From Felis catus (Eukaryota): DNA of 64,000 bases. The notes below the pieces were generated by a model, which searched no databases, was not told the origin of the DNA, and was given only the letters and a program-made list of their open reading frames with translations. Each line of letters begins with the position of its first letter. The first letter of the stretch is position 1. The stretch lies in the NCBI RefSeq assembly GCF_018350175.1, contig NC_058368.1, forward strand, positions 104,348,001-104,412,000, written 5' to 3'. Below are positions 63,644 through 64,000 of this stretch, one piece after another. Position numbers and translations under genes: made by a program.

Positions 63644-63857
63644 GGGAGCACCTTAGTGGCTCAGTTGCTTATGCGTCTGATATTGATTTCAGCTCAGGTT
63701 ATGATCTCAAGGGTTCATAGGATCGAGCCCTGCGTCCAGCTCTGTGCTGACAGTGCTGAGGCTGCTTGGGATTTTCTCTCTCTCCCCACCCCCCCGCCCC
63801 TCCCCCTCCCTCACTTGCTCCCCGTCTCAAAAATGAATAAACTTAAAACAAATTAAA
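63644..63857 (+). mobile_element. CAN-SINE (older)
   Basis: gggagcaccttagtggctcag head, AATAAA tail. Confidence 0.88.
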
Positions 63858-64000
63858 ATGAACGCTGAGCCAGGAACTGCCCATTTCCATTCCATACACT
63901 CTACTGAAAGTCCTCCTCAGTTAGACCCTAGGTAAAGTGCATGGCTCTGTTGGCTATCTTCCAAGGAGTGCTCAGCCTGTTAATAACTGAGCATCTACTG

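Larger units (their letters stand above)
1..64000 (-). other. MARCHF3: Window internal to the MARCHF3 transcription unit (introns 1906-28241 and 28447-32184; partial introns 1-1695 and 32429-64000)
   Basis: No terminal coding exon seen in 1-1695 and no CpG-island promoter or first exon seen right of 32428. Confidence 0.8.

Noticed and set aside
1..64000. CRISPR array, operon or other prokaryote-type system
   Set aside because: The sequence is mammalian intron/exon DNA; no regularly spaced repeat-spacer array and no foreign gene-dense segment were seen.

Overview
Mammalian genomic DNA, almost certainly felid given the dense SINEC_Fc-type CAN-SINEs. The whole window appears to lie inside one minus-strand gene, MARCHF3 (MARCH3, membrane RING-CH E3 ubiquitin ligase). 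Three coding exons are present with canonical GT-AG boundaries: 32185-32372 (plus 56 nt of 5'UTR to 32428), 28242-28446 (RING-CH) and 1696-1905 (both TM helices), together codons 1-201. The non-coding first exon/promoter lies beyond the right edge and the last coding exon beyond the left edge. The rest is intron: about 35 CAN-SINEs, several L1 3' fragments (two with recoverable TSDs), L2/MIR relics, two solo LTRs, old DNA transposons and microsatellites. Nearly all other ORFs in the track are repeat-derived or chance. I found no convincing new multi-gene system. The best leads are (i) two upstream AUGs in the first coding exon, giving a 10-codon uORF and an 80-codon overlapping uORF; (ii) three separate routes to a TM-less RING protein; and (iii) a nested SINE carrying a 19-nt unique tag between two A-tails. 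Repeat family names are from recognition, not a database search, and repeat coordinates are approximate.
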